This document shows positions 19,889 through 29,702 of a stretch of DNA of 64,000 nt, one piece after another. Made by a program: the position numbers and the translations under genes. Position 1 is the stretch's first letter, and every line of letters starts with the position of its first letter. This DNA is from Candidatus Omnitrophota bacterium (GTDB taxonomy: Bacteria; Omnitrophota; Gorgyraeia; Gygaellales; Profunditerraquicolaceae). The DNA lies in contig JALOQJ010000002.1 in NCBI GenBank assembly GCA_025453445.1, positions 6,249 through 70,248 on the forward strand, written 5' to 3'. The notes under the pieces were generated by a model, which was given only the letters and a program-made list of their open reading frames with translations, had not been told where the DNA came from and searched no databases.

Positions 19889-20584
19889 ATGTCCCTGATA
19901 AATTTATTGCCTACTATCGTGAAAAAAACCAAACCAACTGCTAAAGAGAGGAAAATTGCTACCCCCTCCTCCCCTGGCGCCTCAATGAAAATTCCCGGCA
20001 TCTGGCCGGTTTTCGTGGCTGGAGCGGCATTTGCGGCAATTTTAGTAATACAGTTAAGCCAGTTAGCAGTAAATGCCAAGTCCTTATCTTCTTTAGAGAA
20101 AAAAATGCTGGCGTTTAAATCCGTCTATAAACAAATCGATGATATGAGTAAGAAAAAAATCAGCTTAGGCGAAACACTCTCATTCCTCCAGAGGGCTTCT
20201 GCTGAGCAGACGTCATGGTCAGAAAAGTTTTATATAATTAATAAATCCCTGCCCCCGCAAATTTGGCTGACGAATATTACTATTGAATCAAAAACCAGTG
20301 CTAGGGCATTACCAGCTGCTGCTCAGGCTAAACAAAAGAATAACGCCCTAGCCACACAGACAGAAATAAGCAAAACTTTAATCTTGTCCATAAGAGGCGC
20401 GGCTACTTCGCTCATTGAAGCAGATATTATCGGTTCGATAACGCAATACGTGGATACGCTGAAAAAGAATTCAACCTTTAACCAGGAATTCAGCGATATC
20501 AAGCTCGGGCCATTACAGTCAGATAAAAAAGGCAACCTTACGGTAATGAAATTTGTTATTTATTGTAAGGCGGTTAAACTATGA
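19889..20584 (+). CDS. pilN: type IV pilus assembly protein PilN-like
   Basis: Starts MSLINLLP (the PilN INLLP motif). Single TM plus periplasmic domain. First gene of the pilNOPQM block. Confidence 0.6.
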   Translation: MSLINLLPTIVKKTKPTAKERKIATPSSPGASMKIPGIWPVFVAGAAFAAILVIQLSQLAVNAKSLSSLEKKMLAFKSVYKQIDDMSKKKISLGETLSFLQRASAEQTSWSEKFYIINKSLPPQIWLTNITIESKTSARALPAAAQAKQKNNALATQTEISKTLILSIRGAATSLIEADIIGSITQYVDTLKKNSTFNQEFSDIKLGPLQSDKKGNLTVMKFVIYCKAVKL

Positions 20585-21162
20585 CAAAAATTAATGAATT
20601 AATTAAAAATCCCCGGGTAAAAATTGCAGGAATCGCGCTTTTGATAATCCTCTTAAGCCTGATTTTCCTGAAATTTTCCGGAGCGCTCTGGGCAAAAAAT
20701 AACAGCCTCAAAGAGCAGATAAAAAAGGCCGGAGAGGAAATTAACCGCGCAGCAAAAATATCCTCCACGCAAGAAACGTTAGATTCAGAGGTGCAAAAAC
20801 TGAACGAACAAATCGCTCTTGCTCAGGATAATTTCTTTCAAAACGTAGAAGATATCTTCAGCAGCCTGAATCACTTTGCGCAGGAAACTAAACTGAGCAT
20901 GCAAAGCATTAATCCCGAGGAAAGAACGCGCACAGAAGTACCTAATCGTAATGATATGTATTTAGAAATATTGCCACTGACATTAAAATTAAACTGTGAT
21001 TTCCGGCAGCTATTGGCATTCCTTGGATTGATTGAAAAATCTAAAAAAAATATCTCAGTAACCAGTATTAACATACAAAATAACCCACAGGATATCTGGA
21101 ACCACAGAATTGATATAGAACTAAAAACGCCATTGTTAATTTATGCCAAAACTAATGAATAA
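20581..21162 (+). CDS. pilO: type IV pilus assembly protein PilO-like
   Basis: N-terminal TM, coiled coil, then a periplasmic domain. 4-nt overlap with pilN. Confidence 0.5.
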   Translation: MTKINELIKNPRVKIAGIALLIILLSLIFLKFSGALWAKNNSLKEQIKKAGEEINRAAKISSTQETLDSEVQKLNEQIALAQDNFFQNVEDIFSSLNHFAQETKLSMQSINPEERTRTEVPNRNDMYLEILPLTLKLNCDFRQLLAFLGLIEKSKKNISVTSINIQNNPQDIWNHRIDIELKTPLLIYAKTNE

Positions 21163-21520
21163 ATATGGGGTATATATTATTATGATTTTAGCTGTACTCA
21201 ACTTACATGCAAATTCAAAAGTATTCGGGCAAGAGGCAGATATAACACCTGACCGTGACCCCTTCATTCCTCTGCTTGACGACAAAGGAAACTTAAGAAA
21301 ACAATTTACCAAGCCATCACTGCAAACAAGCGCGCCGCAGGTTATTCTTATGGGAATCAGCAAGGTGGGAAATACCTTCTACGCCATGATTGACACAGAA
21401 TTGGTAAAAGAAGGCCAGGTATTTAAAGATATGACGATAGAAAAAATTTACGCTGACCGGGTGATTGTGTTGTATGGGGATAAAACTTTCGAATTAAAAT
21501 GGGAAACAGAGCAAAAATAA
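21143..21520 (+). CDS. pilP: PilP-like pilot lipoprotein
   Basis: Small protein with a signal/anchor and an RDPFIPL motif. Located between pilO and the secretin. Confidence 0.45.
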   Translation: MPKLMNKYGVYIIMILAVLNLHANSKVFGQEADITPDRDPFIPLLDDKGNLRKQFTKPSLQTSAPQVILMGISKVGNTFYAMIDTELVKEGQVFKDMTIEKIYADRVIVLYGDKTFELKWETEQK

Positions 21521-22899
21521 TGAAATTGAATAGATTAACCAGGTTGATTATTATTTTACTGCTGACACTGCATATGCCGTTTTCTTTGTATTCAGAGGAA
21601 AAATACGCCTCTAACTTGATCAGTTTGAACTTAAAAGACGTCAACATTGAAGATGCCTTAAAGATCATTTCCGAAGCAAGCGGCCTGAATGTAATTTTAG
21701 ATAAAGACGTCAAAGCAAAAATCAGTATCAGCCTCAAAGACGTTACCTGGCAGACGGCGTTGAATAATATCCTTAAAACCAATGAACTGACTTATAAAAT
21801 CGACAGCAATATTATCCGCGTAATGAGCCTGACTACTCTGAAAAAAGAAGATGAAACTCTTCCTTTGACTACTAAAATAATTACTTTAAGTTTTGCCAAG
21901 GCAGAAGATATCCAAAAATCATTGACTAAGATAATTTCCGCCCGCGGGAGCATAGAAATTAATATTCCAACCAACTCCCTGATTATTACCGATTCACCCG
22001 AAATACTGACGAAGATCGAAGAAGTAGTGGGAAGGCTGGATACCCGCACACCGCAGGTATTAATTGAAGCATTAATTGTCAGTGTAAAACTCACAGATGC
22101 ATTCCATTCCGGGATGAATTATACTATCACCGACAAGAAAAAAGGCGCCACGCATTTCAACCAGGTTCTCTATGCAACAGATGCAATTTTTGATTTTTAT
22201 TACGGCAAAACTATCCTCCCCGGATGGAATTTCGATGCGCGCATAAACTTCCTTGCTTCAGATGAACGGGTAACTATTTTAGCCAGCCCAAAGGTCCTGA
22301 CTCTGGATAACCTGGCTGCCCAGATAGAAATTACCGAACAAGTCCCCTATACTTATATCTCCACTAGCACACAAAGCAGCACTTCAGTTACCTCTACCCA
22401 GTTTAAAGATGTAGGTATAAAATTATACGTCACCCCGCATATTACCAAAGACAAAATTATTTCACTTAGCGTCAGAGGCGAACAAAGCTTTAAAGCCGGG
22501 CTTGTAGGGACCAGCAACGAACCGTCTATAGACTCGCGTAAAGTAGAAACTAATTTCATGCTTAAAGACGGCGATACTGCGGTAATCGGCGGGTTAAAGA
22601 CAAAGAATGTCACTAACACCATAACTAAAGTTCCGATATTGGGAGATATACCTTATATAGGGAAACTTCTCTTCAGCCAGGTGAAAAAAGATACGGTGGA
22701 AAATGAATTGATTATTTTTATTACCCCGCGCGTGATAGATGACGATTTCCTCCTCACTAAAAAAGAACAACGTAACCTGCAGGATGCTCAGGAAGAATTG
22801 GCAGGGCTTGATAAAAACAAAAAGAAAGTATTAAAAAGCATGCGGGATGCGGCTATTTACCGCGCCCTGAATCAGCCAAAACAACCCCGCTCTAAATAA
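21499..22899 (+). CDS. pilQ: secretin PilQ / GspD family
   Basis: Secretin C-domain motifs (VLTLDNLAAQIEITEQVPY, AVIGGL, VPILGDIPYIGKLF) with N0/N1-like N-terminal domains. Confidence 0.85.
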   Translation: MGNRAKIMKLNRLTRLIIILLLTLHMPFSLYSEEKYASNLISLNLKDVNIEDALKIISEASGLNVILDKDVKAKISISLKDVTWQTALNNILKTNELTYKIDSNIIRVMSLTTLKKEDETLPLTTKIITLSFAKAEDIQKSLTKIISARGSIEINIPTNSLIITDSPEILTKIEEVVGRLDTRTPQVLIEALIVSVKLTDAFHSGMNYTITDKKKGATHFNQVLYATDAIFDFYYGKTILPGWNFDARINFLASDERVTILASPKVLTLDNLAAQIEITEQVPYTYISTSTQSSTSVTSTQFKDVGIKLYVTPHITKDKIISLSVRGEQSFKAGLVGTSNEPSIDSRKVETNFMLKDGDTAVIGGLKTKNVTNTITKVPILGDIPYIGKLLFSQVKKDTVENELIIFITPRVIDDDFLLTKKEQRNLQDAQEELAGLDKNKKKVLKSMRDAAIYRALNQPKQPRSK

Positions 22900-22901
22900 T
22901 T

Positions 22902-23927
22902 ATGAAATTTAATCTGCCTGTTTTCAAAATAAAACCTAAGAAAAAAATAATTGGGCTGGACATCGGCAGCAATAACCTGAGAGTGGTTGAGCTGGAAGCA
23001 AAAAGCGATTGCCTTGAAATTACTAATTTCGGGATCAAGGATATCCGCACTGCCAAGGATATGCCGGAAGCAATCATGCAGCTAATGGCAGAAGCACAGA
23101 TCACCACCAAAGAAATAAACATTGGCCTCTCCGGAGAAAGCGTTGTAGCACGGCATCTATCCATGCCAAAGATGAATGAGGAAGAACTCCGTAAGGCAAT
23201 TGTCTATGAATTAGAAGATCATATTCCATTCAAGCCTGAAGAGGTCTACCTTGATTTCCATATTGTCGGGGATGACCCTAATTCTCCGAATAAGATGCGC
23301 GTATTTTTAGTAGCAACTAAAAAAGACGTTCTGGACAGCCGGGTAGAACTCCTGCAAAAGGCAGGGCTGGAGCCAAAAATCATCACCATGGATGCGCTGG
23401 CTTTAATGAACGCCCTTTATTTTAATTACTCTGCGAAAGAAAAAACCAATATCACCCTGCTTAATGTAGGCGACAAAATAACCAACCTTTTAATCTGCCG
23501 GGAAAAAATCCCTTATTTTGTCCGCGATACGCGTTTCGGCGGCGAAGCAATTACAACACTCCTGGAAACAAAATTAGAGCTGGATAAGAAAGCGGCAGAA
23601 GAATTGAAATATAAACTTAAAGATGCACCGGAAGAAACTTCCAAATTAATTAAAACTACCCTGGCAACCTTATTAAACGAAATTTTTGTTTCGATTGATT
23701 TTTTTGAAAACCTGACTGAGCAAAAAATTGACGAGATTTATATCACCGGGGGCTCATCCCAGCTCTGGGGGTTAAGAGAGTTCCTTGGAGGGTACCTGGG
23801 CCTTGAAATTATCTACCTTGATCCGCTGAAAAACTTTTCTTTCTCCCCAAATATCCCGCGGGAAGAAATCGCAAAATTCTCACCGTATCTGTCCGTAGCT
23901 ATCGGCCTTGCCTTAGAAGAAGTTTAA
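22902..23927 (+). CDS. pilM: type IV pilus assembly ATPase-fold protein PilM
   Basis: Actin-like fold. IGLDIGSNNLRVVELE N-terminus. 341 aa. Confidence 0.8.
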   Translation: MKFNLPVFKIKPKKKIIGLDIGSNNLRVVELEAKSDCLEITNFGIKDIRTAKDMPEAIMQLMAEAQITTKEINIGLSGESVVARHLSMPKMNEEELRKAIVYELEDHIPFKPEEVYLDFHIVGDDPNSPNKMRVFLVATKKDVLDSRVELLQKAGLEPKIITMDALALMNALYFNYSAKEKTNITLLNVGDKITNLLICREKIPYFVRDTRFGGEAITTLLETKLELDKKAAEELKYKLKDAPEETSKLIKTTLATLLNEIFVSIDFFENLTEQKIDEIYITGGSSQLWGLREFLGGYLGLEIIYLDPLKNFSFSPNIPREEIAKFSPYLSVAIGLALEEV

Positions 23928-23939
23928 ATTCAGTTTTTT

Positions 23940-25154
23940 CTATTTGCTGATTATCTGGCTCAACTTGAATATCGGCAGGAACATTGCCACAACGATAAAG
24001 CCGATAGTAACGCCTAAGAAAGAAATAATAATCGGCTCAATAAGGGAAGTAAGTTCATTCAGGGAATCGTTTACCTGTGCTTCGTAATAATCGGAAATTT
24101 TAGTAAGCATCCTCTCCAGTTCTCCGGTTTGCTCTCCGACAGCAATCATCTTCACGACAAAAGGAGGGAACTTTCCGGTTTCTTCCATCGGCCCGGAAAT
24201 ATTCTCTCCGGCGCGCAGATTGGTCCTGATTTGGTCCGTAGCTATCTCTATTACCTTATTACCGGCAACCTTACCGGCTATTTCAAAGGCATCCAGGATA
24301 CTGACTCCGCTCTTTACCAGTGTTGCCAGAGTCCGGGCAAACCGGCTGATACAAATTTTGTTTATAATCGGGCCAAAAATCGCTAGTTTAAGCTTAAATT
24401 TATCAAAATTTAACTTGCCTTGTTCGGTACTGAGGTACTTTTTAAAAGATACAATTATAATTACCACCGCCAATACCAAGAAAGGGAAAAATTTCACGCT
24501 CATATCGCTGACAAAAATTAATATCTGCGTCGGCGCGGGGAGCTGGCCTCCCAAGCTGGCAAAAATATTCTTAAAAGTAGGGATGACTTTTAAAATTAAA
24601 AAAGCAATTATCAGCGCCGCCATGCCGACGATTAAAATCGGGTAAGTCAGGCTTGATTTTATCTTGCGGCTTAAGTTTTCCGTCTTTTCCAGATAATCGG
24701 CAACCCTGTCCAAGATTTCATTAAGGCTGCCGCTGGATTCGCCGGCCCGGATCATATTGGAAAAAATGGACGGAAATGCCTCAGGATACTTGGCAAAAGA
24801 AGCAGAAAGGCTGTTGCCGGCTTCTATATCATTTTTAATACTTAAAATTATTTTTTTCAGGTATTGATTTTCTACCTGATCATGCAGAATATTCAGCCCG
24901 GTAATCAGGGATACACCGGAATCAATCAGGGTTGCCAGCTGCCGGGAAAAAACCACCAGATCCATCGGTTTGACTTTACCGCGGTTCCTATGCTGGACAA
25001 CCTTTTTTTCCTTAATATCCTCCTGAATAATATCAATGATGGTTAAATTTCTTTTTTTTAGTTCTTTGATAATAAAAGATTTATCCTGCGCCTCCAGCGT
25101 GCCACTGATTAAGCGCGAATCCCTGTCTCTGGCAGTATAATTAAATTTGGCCAT
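23940..25154 (-). CDS. pilC: type IV pilus / T2SS platform protein PilC/GspF
   Basis: Two T2SSF domains, 3 TM, 404 aa. Confidence 0.85.
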   Translation of the reverse strand: MAKFNYTARDRDSRLISGTLEAQDKSFIIKELKKRNLTIIDIIQEDIKEKKVVQHRNRGKVKPMDLVVFSRQLATLIDSGVSLITGLNILHDQVENQYLKKIILSIKNDIEAGNSLSASFAKYPEAFPSIFSNMIRAGESSGSLNEILDRVADYLEKTENLSRKIKSSLTYPILIVGMAALIIAFLILKVIPTFKNIFASLGGQLPAPTQILIFVSDMSVKFFPFLVLAVVIIIVSFKKYLSTEQGKLNFDKFKLKLAIFGPIINKICISRFARTLATLVKSGVSILDAFEIAGKVAGNKVIEIATDQIRTNLRAGENISGPMEETGKFPPFVVKMIAVGEQTGELERMLTKISDYYEAQVNDSLNELTSLIEPIIISFLGVTIGFIVVAMFLPIFKLSQIISK

Positions 25155-25171
25155 TGTTTCCTCTTTTAAAC

Positions 25172-25627
25172 CTAATAATTTTCCTTAAGTGCGCTTTCTA
25201 TCTGAATCTTTGTGCCGATCATACAAACAAGCTTATGCTGAGTTAATCTCTCTATTTCATCTATCGCATCCTGATCAAGCGGATTAACCATTACCACTGC
25301 CAAAATACCGCCCAATTTTTCTAAAGGCAGGCATTGATATTTAAGAGCCAGCTCTTTAGGGATTGCATTTAACGCATCTTTGGAAACCTTGTATTTTTCT
25401 ATCGGCAGATAAACAGCTTCCATCTGGCTGGCGAGAGTCATGCTTAATGCTTCCTGAGAAATAAAACCCAGCTGGGTAAGCACATCGCCAAGCATGCCGC
25501 CCTTGGTTTTCTGAATATTCAAAGCCTTATCTAATTGTTCCTGATTAATCAGGCCGTTTTTGATTAAAATCTGGCCGAGTAAATTTGCCTTTCCTACCAG
25601 CCTCTGGCTGCTACGATCTTTTTCCAT
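25172..25627 (-). CDS. standalone T2SSE_N / MshEN-like domain protein
   Basis: 151 aa with two LG..L...G.I...QL..AL..Q-type repeats, as found at the N-termini of GspE/MshE ATPases. No ATPase domain. Confidence 0.5.
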   Translation of the reverse strand: MEKDRSSQRLVGKANLLGQILIKNGLINQEQLDKALNIQKTKGGMLGDVLTQLGFISQEALSMTLASQMEAVYLPIEKYKVSKDALNAIPKELALKYQCLPLEKLGGILAVVMVNPLDQDAIDEIERLTQHKLVCMIGTKIQIESALKENY

Positions 25628-25669
25628 GCCCTGCCCTCATTCAAACTCCTAAGTTAGCTAATTATAATA

Positions 25670-28600
25670 TCATATTTCTCTGCGGATATCATCAGTTAAA
25701 TTTTTATCTTCTTTAGCAGCTTTAAGCGCATCTGCGGCAAAATGATCCTTCCTTGCTTTTAACGCGGATAGAGACTCTCTGGCAATTTTTGTATCTGTAT
25801 CCTTCAGGGTTTCCGTTAGAAGCAAAGCACTCTCCTGTCCTTTCATTTTACTGAGCGCAAAAACAGCCTTCCTACGGATGATAATATTAGGGCTATGCAG
25901 GGGAATCCTTAAAATCCCCACTATCTCTTCATGCTCCATCGCTCCGACGATTTCAATTAAATTTTTTAGCATATAATCCGGTGAATCAGCGGGTATCTCC
26001 TTTATCATTATACTTAAAATGCTTTCTTTGGAAATATGCGCAAGGATCCTGCCGATAGTCCGCCTTCTTAAATATGCTTCGAAATATTTCCCTTCAGAGA
26101 TGCCTTTTTCAAATAACGCCTTATCAATCAGAAGTTTCACTGCCTGATCCTTAAGCAAAATAAAGCTTTCCGATAATTCAGTCCAATCAAGGTTTAAATC
26201 AATCCTCCTGATTAATTCTTCCACCAGATGCGAAGCAATCGGGTTCAGGGCATCGGAGAGAATCAAGGTATTTTGCGCATCTCCCTCATATGCCCGCATG
26301 ATTCCCTGCATTAGTGAAAATTTTCTGGAATTAATCATGATTTGCGCTATTTTTTCCAGAAAAGGATTGAAGCAGGAAAAAAATATTGGCACAAATCCCT
26401 TATCTTCAGCAAAAAATTTTAATAATTTAATAATAAATTCCGGCAGTAATTTATCCGGGGAAACTTGAATAAAACTACTTAACATCTCCCTCAAATGGAT
26501 ACCTAGATTTTCCCCGGTAATGCTCTTTTCCTGCCAGGCCCTGATAAACTTCTCACCAAGAGCCTCTATCTCTTTCTCTTTGCCTGAAGAAAAAAATTCT
26601 TTTATCAGCGTAGAAACCTTCATCATCGGCAATACTTTCAGGAAACTTTGAGTGTTGGCCTGAGAAATGCTTTTAGCCTTATCTTCTAAAGAAAGCTGTT
26701 CCCAATTTTTCTCCTCAAATATCAAATCGCATTCATCATCACTGGCGCCTAATTGTTTAAATTGTTCCCTTAATATAGGCGTAAGTCTCGCCTTTTTCTC
26801 AGGAGTAGCCAGAAACCGCGCAACCATGGCCTTCATTTTTGCCCAATCCGTATCTTTCTGTGTATATTGTTTGACCAAAACATCGCTAATCACTTCATCA
26901 GGAAGCTCAAGGCCTATCTCTTTTATAATGTCTGTTTTTCCTTTGCCCCCGGGCCCTCCTTTATCTTCTTTATCTCTTGCTTCTCTGGGCAGCTCCTGAG
27001 AAAATACGCTCGCACGCAATTGCGGTTCCATTGATAGAATAGTTTTAGCCAGGCCTTCCCTGTATTTTGACCAATCTTCGCCTTTATCCAAAAACTGCCT
27101 TCCTATTTTCTGGATGCTTTTTGCCATAATTTCCGCCTTGACTGCTTCTTTATCTTTACCGGTCTTCGCGCTTACTTGTTCGCCAAGTTTTTCCAGCTTC
27201 TCGGCAATTTCCTGCGCATGTGTGACAATGTTTCCGGATAAATCTGCCTTATTATCAGCGGATGGCAATTTGCCCAGAAGATAATCCATCAGCATAATCT
27301 CTTCCAGGCTTTCTTTCTCTTTAAATTTTCTTTTGGAAACATCATAGGTTATTTCATTTAGCTGGATATGCACAGAATTTTGTTTCTGCCATAATTCAGC
27401 AATGGCCATGTCTTTTAATTCCGGCATGCTGATTACGCCGATTAATTTATTTAATTCATCTATATCTGTTCCCTTTTGAATGGTGATACTTTCAATGTTT
27501 AAATTTTTTAAAGCAGAAATAAACGACCCGACATAGAAACTCGGGAGTTCTTTGCCGACTTTTTTATTATTTACGATAATGCCTGACTCAATCACCGCGA
27601 TATTCAATATTTCCGCCTCGGTAAGAATATCGGACAATTTTTTATACGCATCTTCCACAGACTGAATCCTCATTTTGTTTTGCGCCGGGTAAAGCGTATA
27701 ATTTACGGCGGCTAATGATATGCTCCTGATTAAAGCGGGAATCGCCGCCCAGTTTTTTTTGCTTAAAGGCAGGAGTATTTTATCCTGCACTACCTCCTCA
27801 AGCAAAGACTGGGCGTATTGTATGGTGCGGTCATAAAGCGCCCCCTTGCCTTCCCTGACAATCTTTGCATATTGCTCGGCGCGAACCTGATCTTCAGCTT
27901 TTTTAAAATTATAATACAGCTCTCCGGCGATACTGTTTAAATTTTCAGGATGCAGCTTCTCTTGGATTTCCCCTACGCGGCCGTAGAGATGCCTGGTGCG
28001 CTCTCCGCCCATTGCCTCAAAAAGAATGTTTCTGATTTCATTAGTGGCAAAACCAAATTCGCCTTTCTCAGCAGACCCCTTTTCATAAATTAAGCCGATT
28101 TTTTTCCCGGCTTCGATCAGATCGAGAACATAGCCCCTGTCCTCGCTGTCAATTTTCTGCAACAGGTCGACCTGAAAATTTTCCCCGATAACCGCGGCCT
28201 TGGCAATCATCTCTTTTGTCTCTTCGTCCAATCCTTCAAGGCGCATCTTTATCGTACCTTCCAGCGAAGAAGGAAGCTTTGTTTCATCGATCTCCTGCTG
28301 CAGCCACCTGCCATTACGAAAAGAGATATAATCCTTTTCAATCATATATTTCAGCAGTTCTTCCACAAAAAGCGGATTGCCCCTGGCTTTGTTATAAACC
28401 GCATCAAAGAAAACAGAAGTGAGGGGAATATTTAAAAGGATGTTTGAAATTAATTCCACCACAGCATCCTTTGGCAAAGGGGATAAAGCTAAAGGCTGTA
28501 TATATTTCGGCGGCTCTTTAAGGAACACTGCCAGAGGAGATTCTTCCATATCAGGCACAACTAGTTCATCCTGCGAAAATGCAGCAGCAACCATGACGCG

Positions 28601-29698
28601 GGCATCGCGGTTTTCCTGAATCAACCGGGTAATTATTTTTAAGCTCTTCTCATCTATATAATGCAGCTCATCGAGGATAAAACAAAGCGGGGAGTGACGG
28701 GAAATATTCAGCAGCAGTTTAATCAGGCCGGGAGTTAAAAAATCATCCGAGATTGCTTCCTCTTGCAGGGTGCCGGATGAAGCGATATCTTTTAACACGG
28801 GCATAAAAGCAGCAAGTGAGCCTATTTCATTTTCAGGAATACCTGCTAAAAAATCAGCAGGGATATTATCCAATCCAATCAAGTGCCTGTTTAACGGCTC
28901 ACCCACAGCATAAAACGGCTGATTAAGAAATTTATCTTCGCATCGTAACGAGAGTATAACCGCGTGTTCTTCTGAAGCCGCGTGTTCGAATTCAATTAAG
29001 AGTCGGCTCTTGCCGATTCCCAATTCTCCGCTTGCCAGTATAAAGGAAGATGCGTTGCCAAACACCTGCTTAAGCGTTTCATTCAACTTACGCAGCTCAT
29101 TATTCCTGCCCACCAGCACCGGGCAGGGAAATCTTTCCAAAAGGCCTTTTTTCCAGAAGAGTTCCGGAGTAATTTCAGAAACAACCGAAAAGCAATTTTT
29201 TCCTTTTTGTTTTGAAATATACAGCGCCTTATCAGCAAGATTGATTAATTCAATAGGATCTGATGTATCCTGAGGATAACCGGCAATGCCTACGCTGACA
29301 GTAACATGCATTTCTTTTCCCGAATGTTTCTCTTTAAAGTGCCGCTCGTTTATTCTTGTGACTAATCTATTGGCTATGCTGATAACGTCTTTACTCTCAA
29401 TACCGGGCAGGATAACAGTAAATTCGTCCCCGGCATACCTGATCCTTTTATCATTGCTCTTGGTATTTTCTTTTATGGCAACCGCCACTTCTTTAATCAG
29501 GTCGTCACCGCTTAAATGGCCAAAGGTATCATTAATCATTTTAAAATTATCAATATCCAGCATGAATAACCAAAGTTTGCTCTTATTGGCCTGCGCCTCT
29601 TCCAGCTCCCTGGGCAGCTGGCTATAAAGATACCGACGGTTATAAAGGCCGGTCAAATCATCGCTAAAAATTAAATTTTCTTGTCCTTCGATGGGCAT
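25670..29698 (-). CDS. multidomain signalling protein: GGDEF-like (AGDEF) + STAND/AAA NTPase + TPR-like + C-terminal PBS-lyase HEAT repeats
   Basis: N-terminal LTGLYNRRYL...RYAGDEF (degenerate GGDEF). Walker A GELGIGKSRLL. C-terminal HEAT repeats (IIRRKAVFALSKM...). The likely start is MPIEGQ (cat at 29696-29698), 5 nt after the pilB stop. Confidence 0.7.
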   Translation of the reverse strand: MPIEGQENLIFSDDLTGLYNRRYLYSQLPRELEEAQANKSKLWLFMLDIDNFKMINDTFGHLSGDDLIKEVAVAIKENTKSNDKRIRYAGDEFTVILPGIESKDVISIANRLVTRINERHFKEKHSGKEMHVTVSVGIAGYPQDTSDPIELINLADKALYISKQKGKNCFSVVSEITPELFWKKGLLERFPCPVLVGRNNELRKLNETLKQVFGNASSFILASGELGIGKSRLLIEFEHAASEEHAVILSLRCEDKFLNQPFYAVGEPLNRHLIGLDNIPADFLAGIPENEIGSLAAFMPVLKDIASSGTLQEEAISDDFLTPGLIKLLLNISRHSPLCFILDELHYIDEKSLKIITRLIQENRDARVMVAAAFSQDELVVPDMEESPLAVFLKEPPKYIQPLALSPLPKDAVVELISNILLNIPLTSVFFDAVYNKARGNPLFVEELLKYMIEKDYISFRNGRWLQQEIDETKLPSSLEGTIKMRLEGLDEETKEMIAKAAVIGENFQVDLLQKIDSEDRGYVLDLIEAGKKIGLIYEKGSAEKGEFGFATNEIRNILFEAMGGERTRHLYGRVGEIQEKLHPENLNSIAGELYYNFKKAEDQVRAEQYAKIVREGKGALYDRTIQYAQSLLEEVVQDKILLPLSKKNWAAIPALIRSISLAAVNYTLYPAQNKMRIQSVEDAYKKLSDILTEAEILNIAVIESGIIVNNKKVGKELPSFYVGSFISALKNLNIESITIQKGTDIDELNKLIGVISMPELKDMAIAELWQKQNSVHIQLNEITYDVSKRKFKEKESLEEIMLMDYLLGKLPSADNKADLSGNIVTHAQEIAEKLEKLGEQVSAKTGKDKEAVKAEIMAKSIQKIGRQFLDKGEDWSKYREGLAKTILSMEPQLRASVFSQELPREARDKEDKGGPGGKGKTDIIKEIGLELPDEVISDVLVKQYTQKDTDWAKMKAMVARFLATPEKKARLTPILREQFKQLGASDDECDLIFEEKNWEQLSLEDKAKSISQANTQSFLKVLPMMKVSTLIKEFFSSGKEKEIEALGEKFIRAWQEKSITGENLGIHLREMLSSFIQVSPDKLLPEFIIKLLKFFAEDKGFVPIFFSCFNPFLEKIAQIMINSRKFSLMQGIMRAYEGDAQNTLILSDALNPIASHLVEELIRRIDLNLDWTELSESFILLKDQAVKLLIDKALFEKGISEGKYFEAYLRRRTIGRILAHISKESILSIMIKEIPADSPDYMLKNLIEIVGAMEHEEIVGILRIPLHSPNIIIRRKAVFALSKMKGQESALLLTETLKDTDTKIARESLSALKARKDHFAADALKAAKEDKNLTDDIRREI

Positions 29699-29702
29699 AT
29701 TT

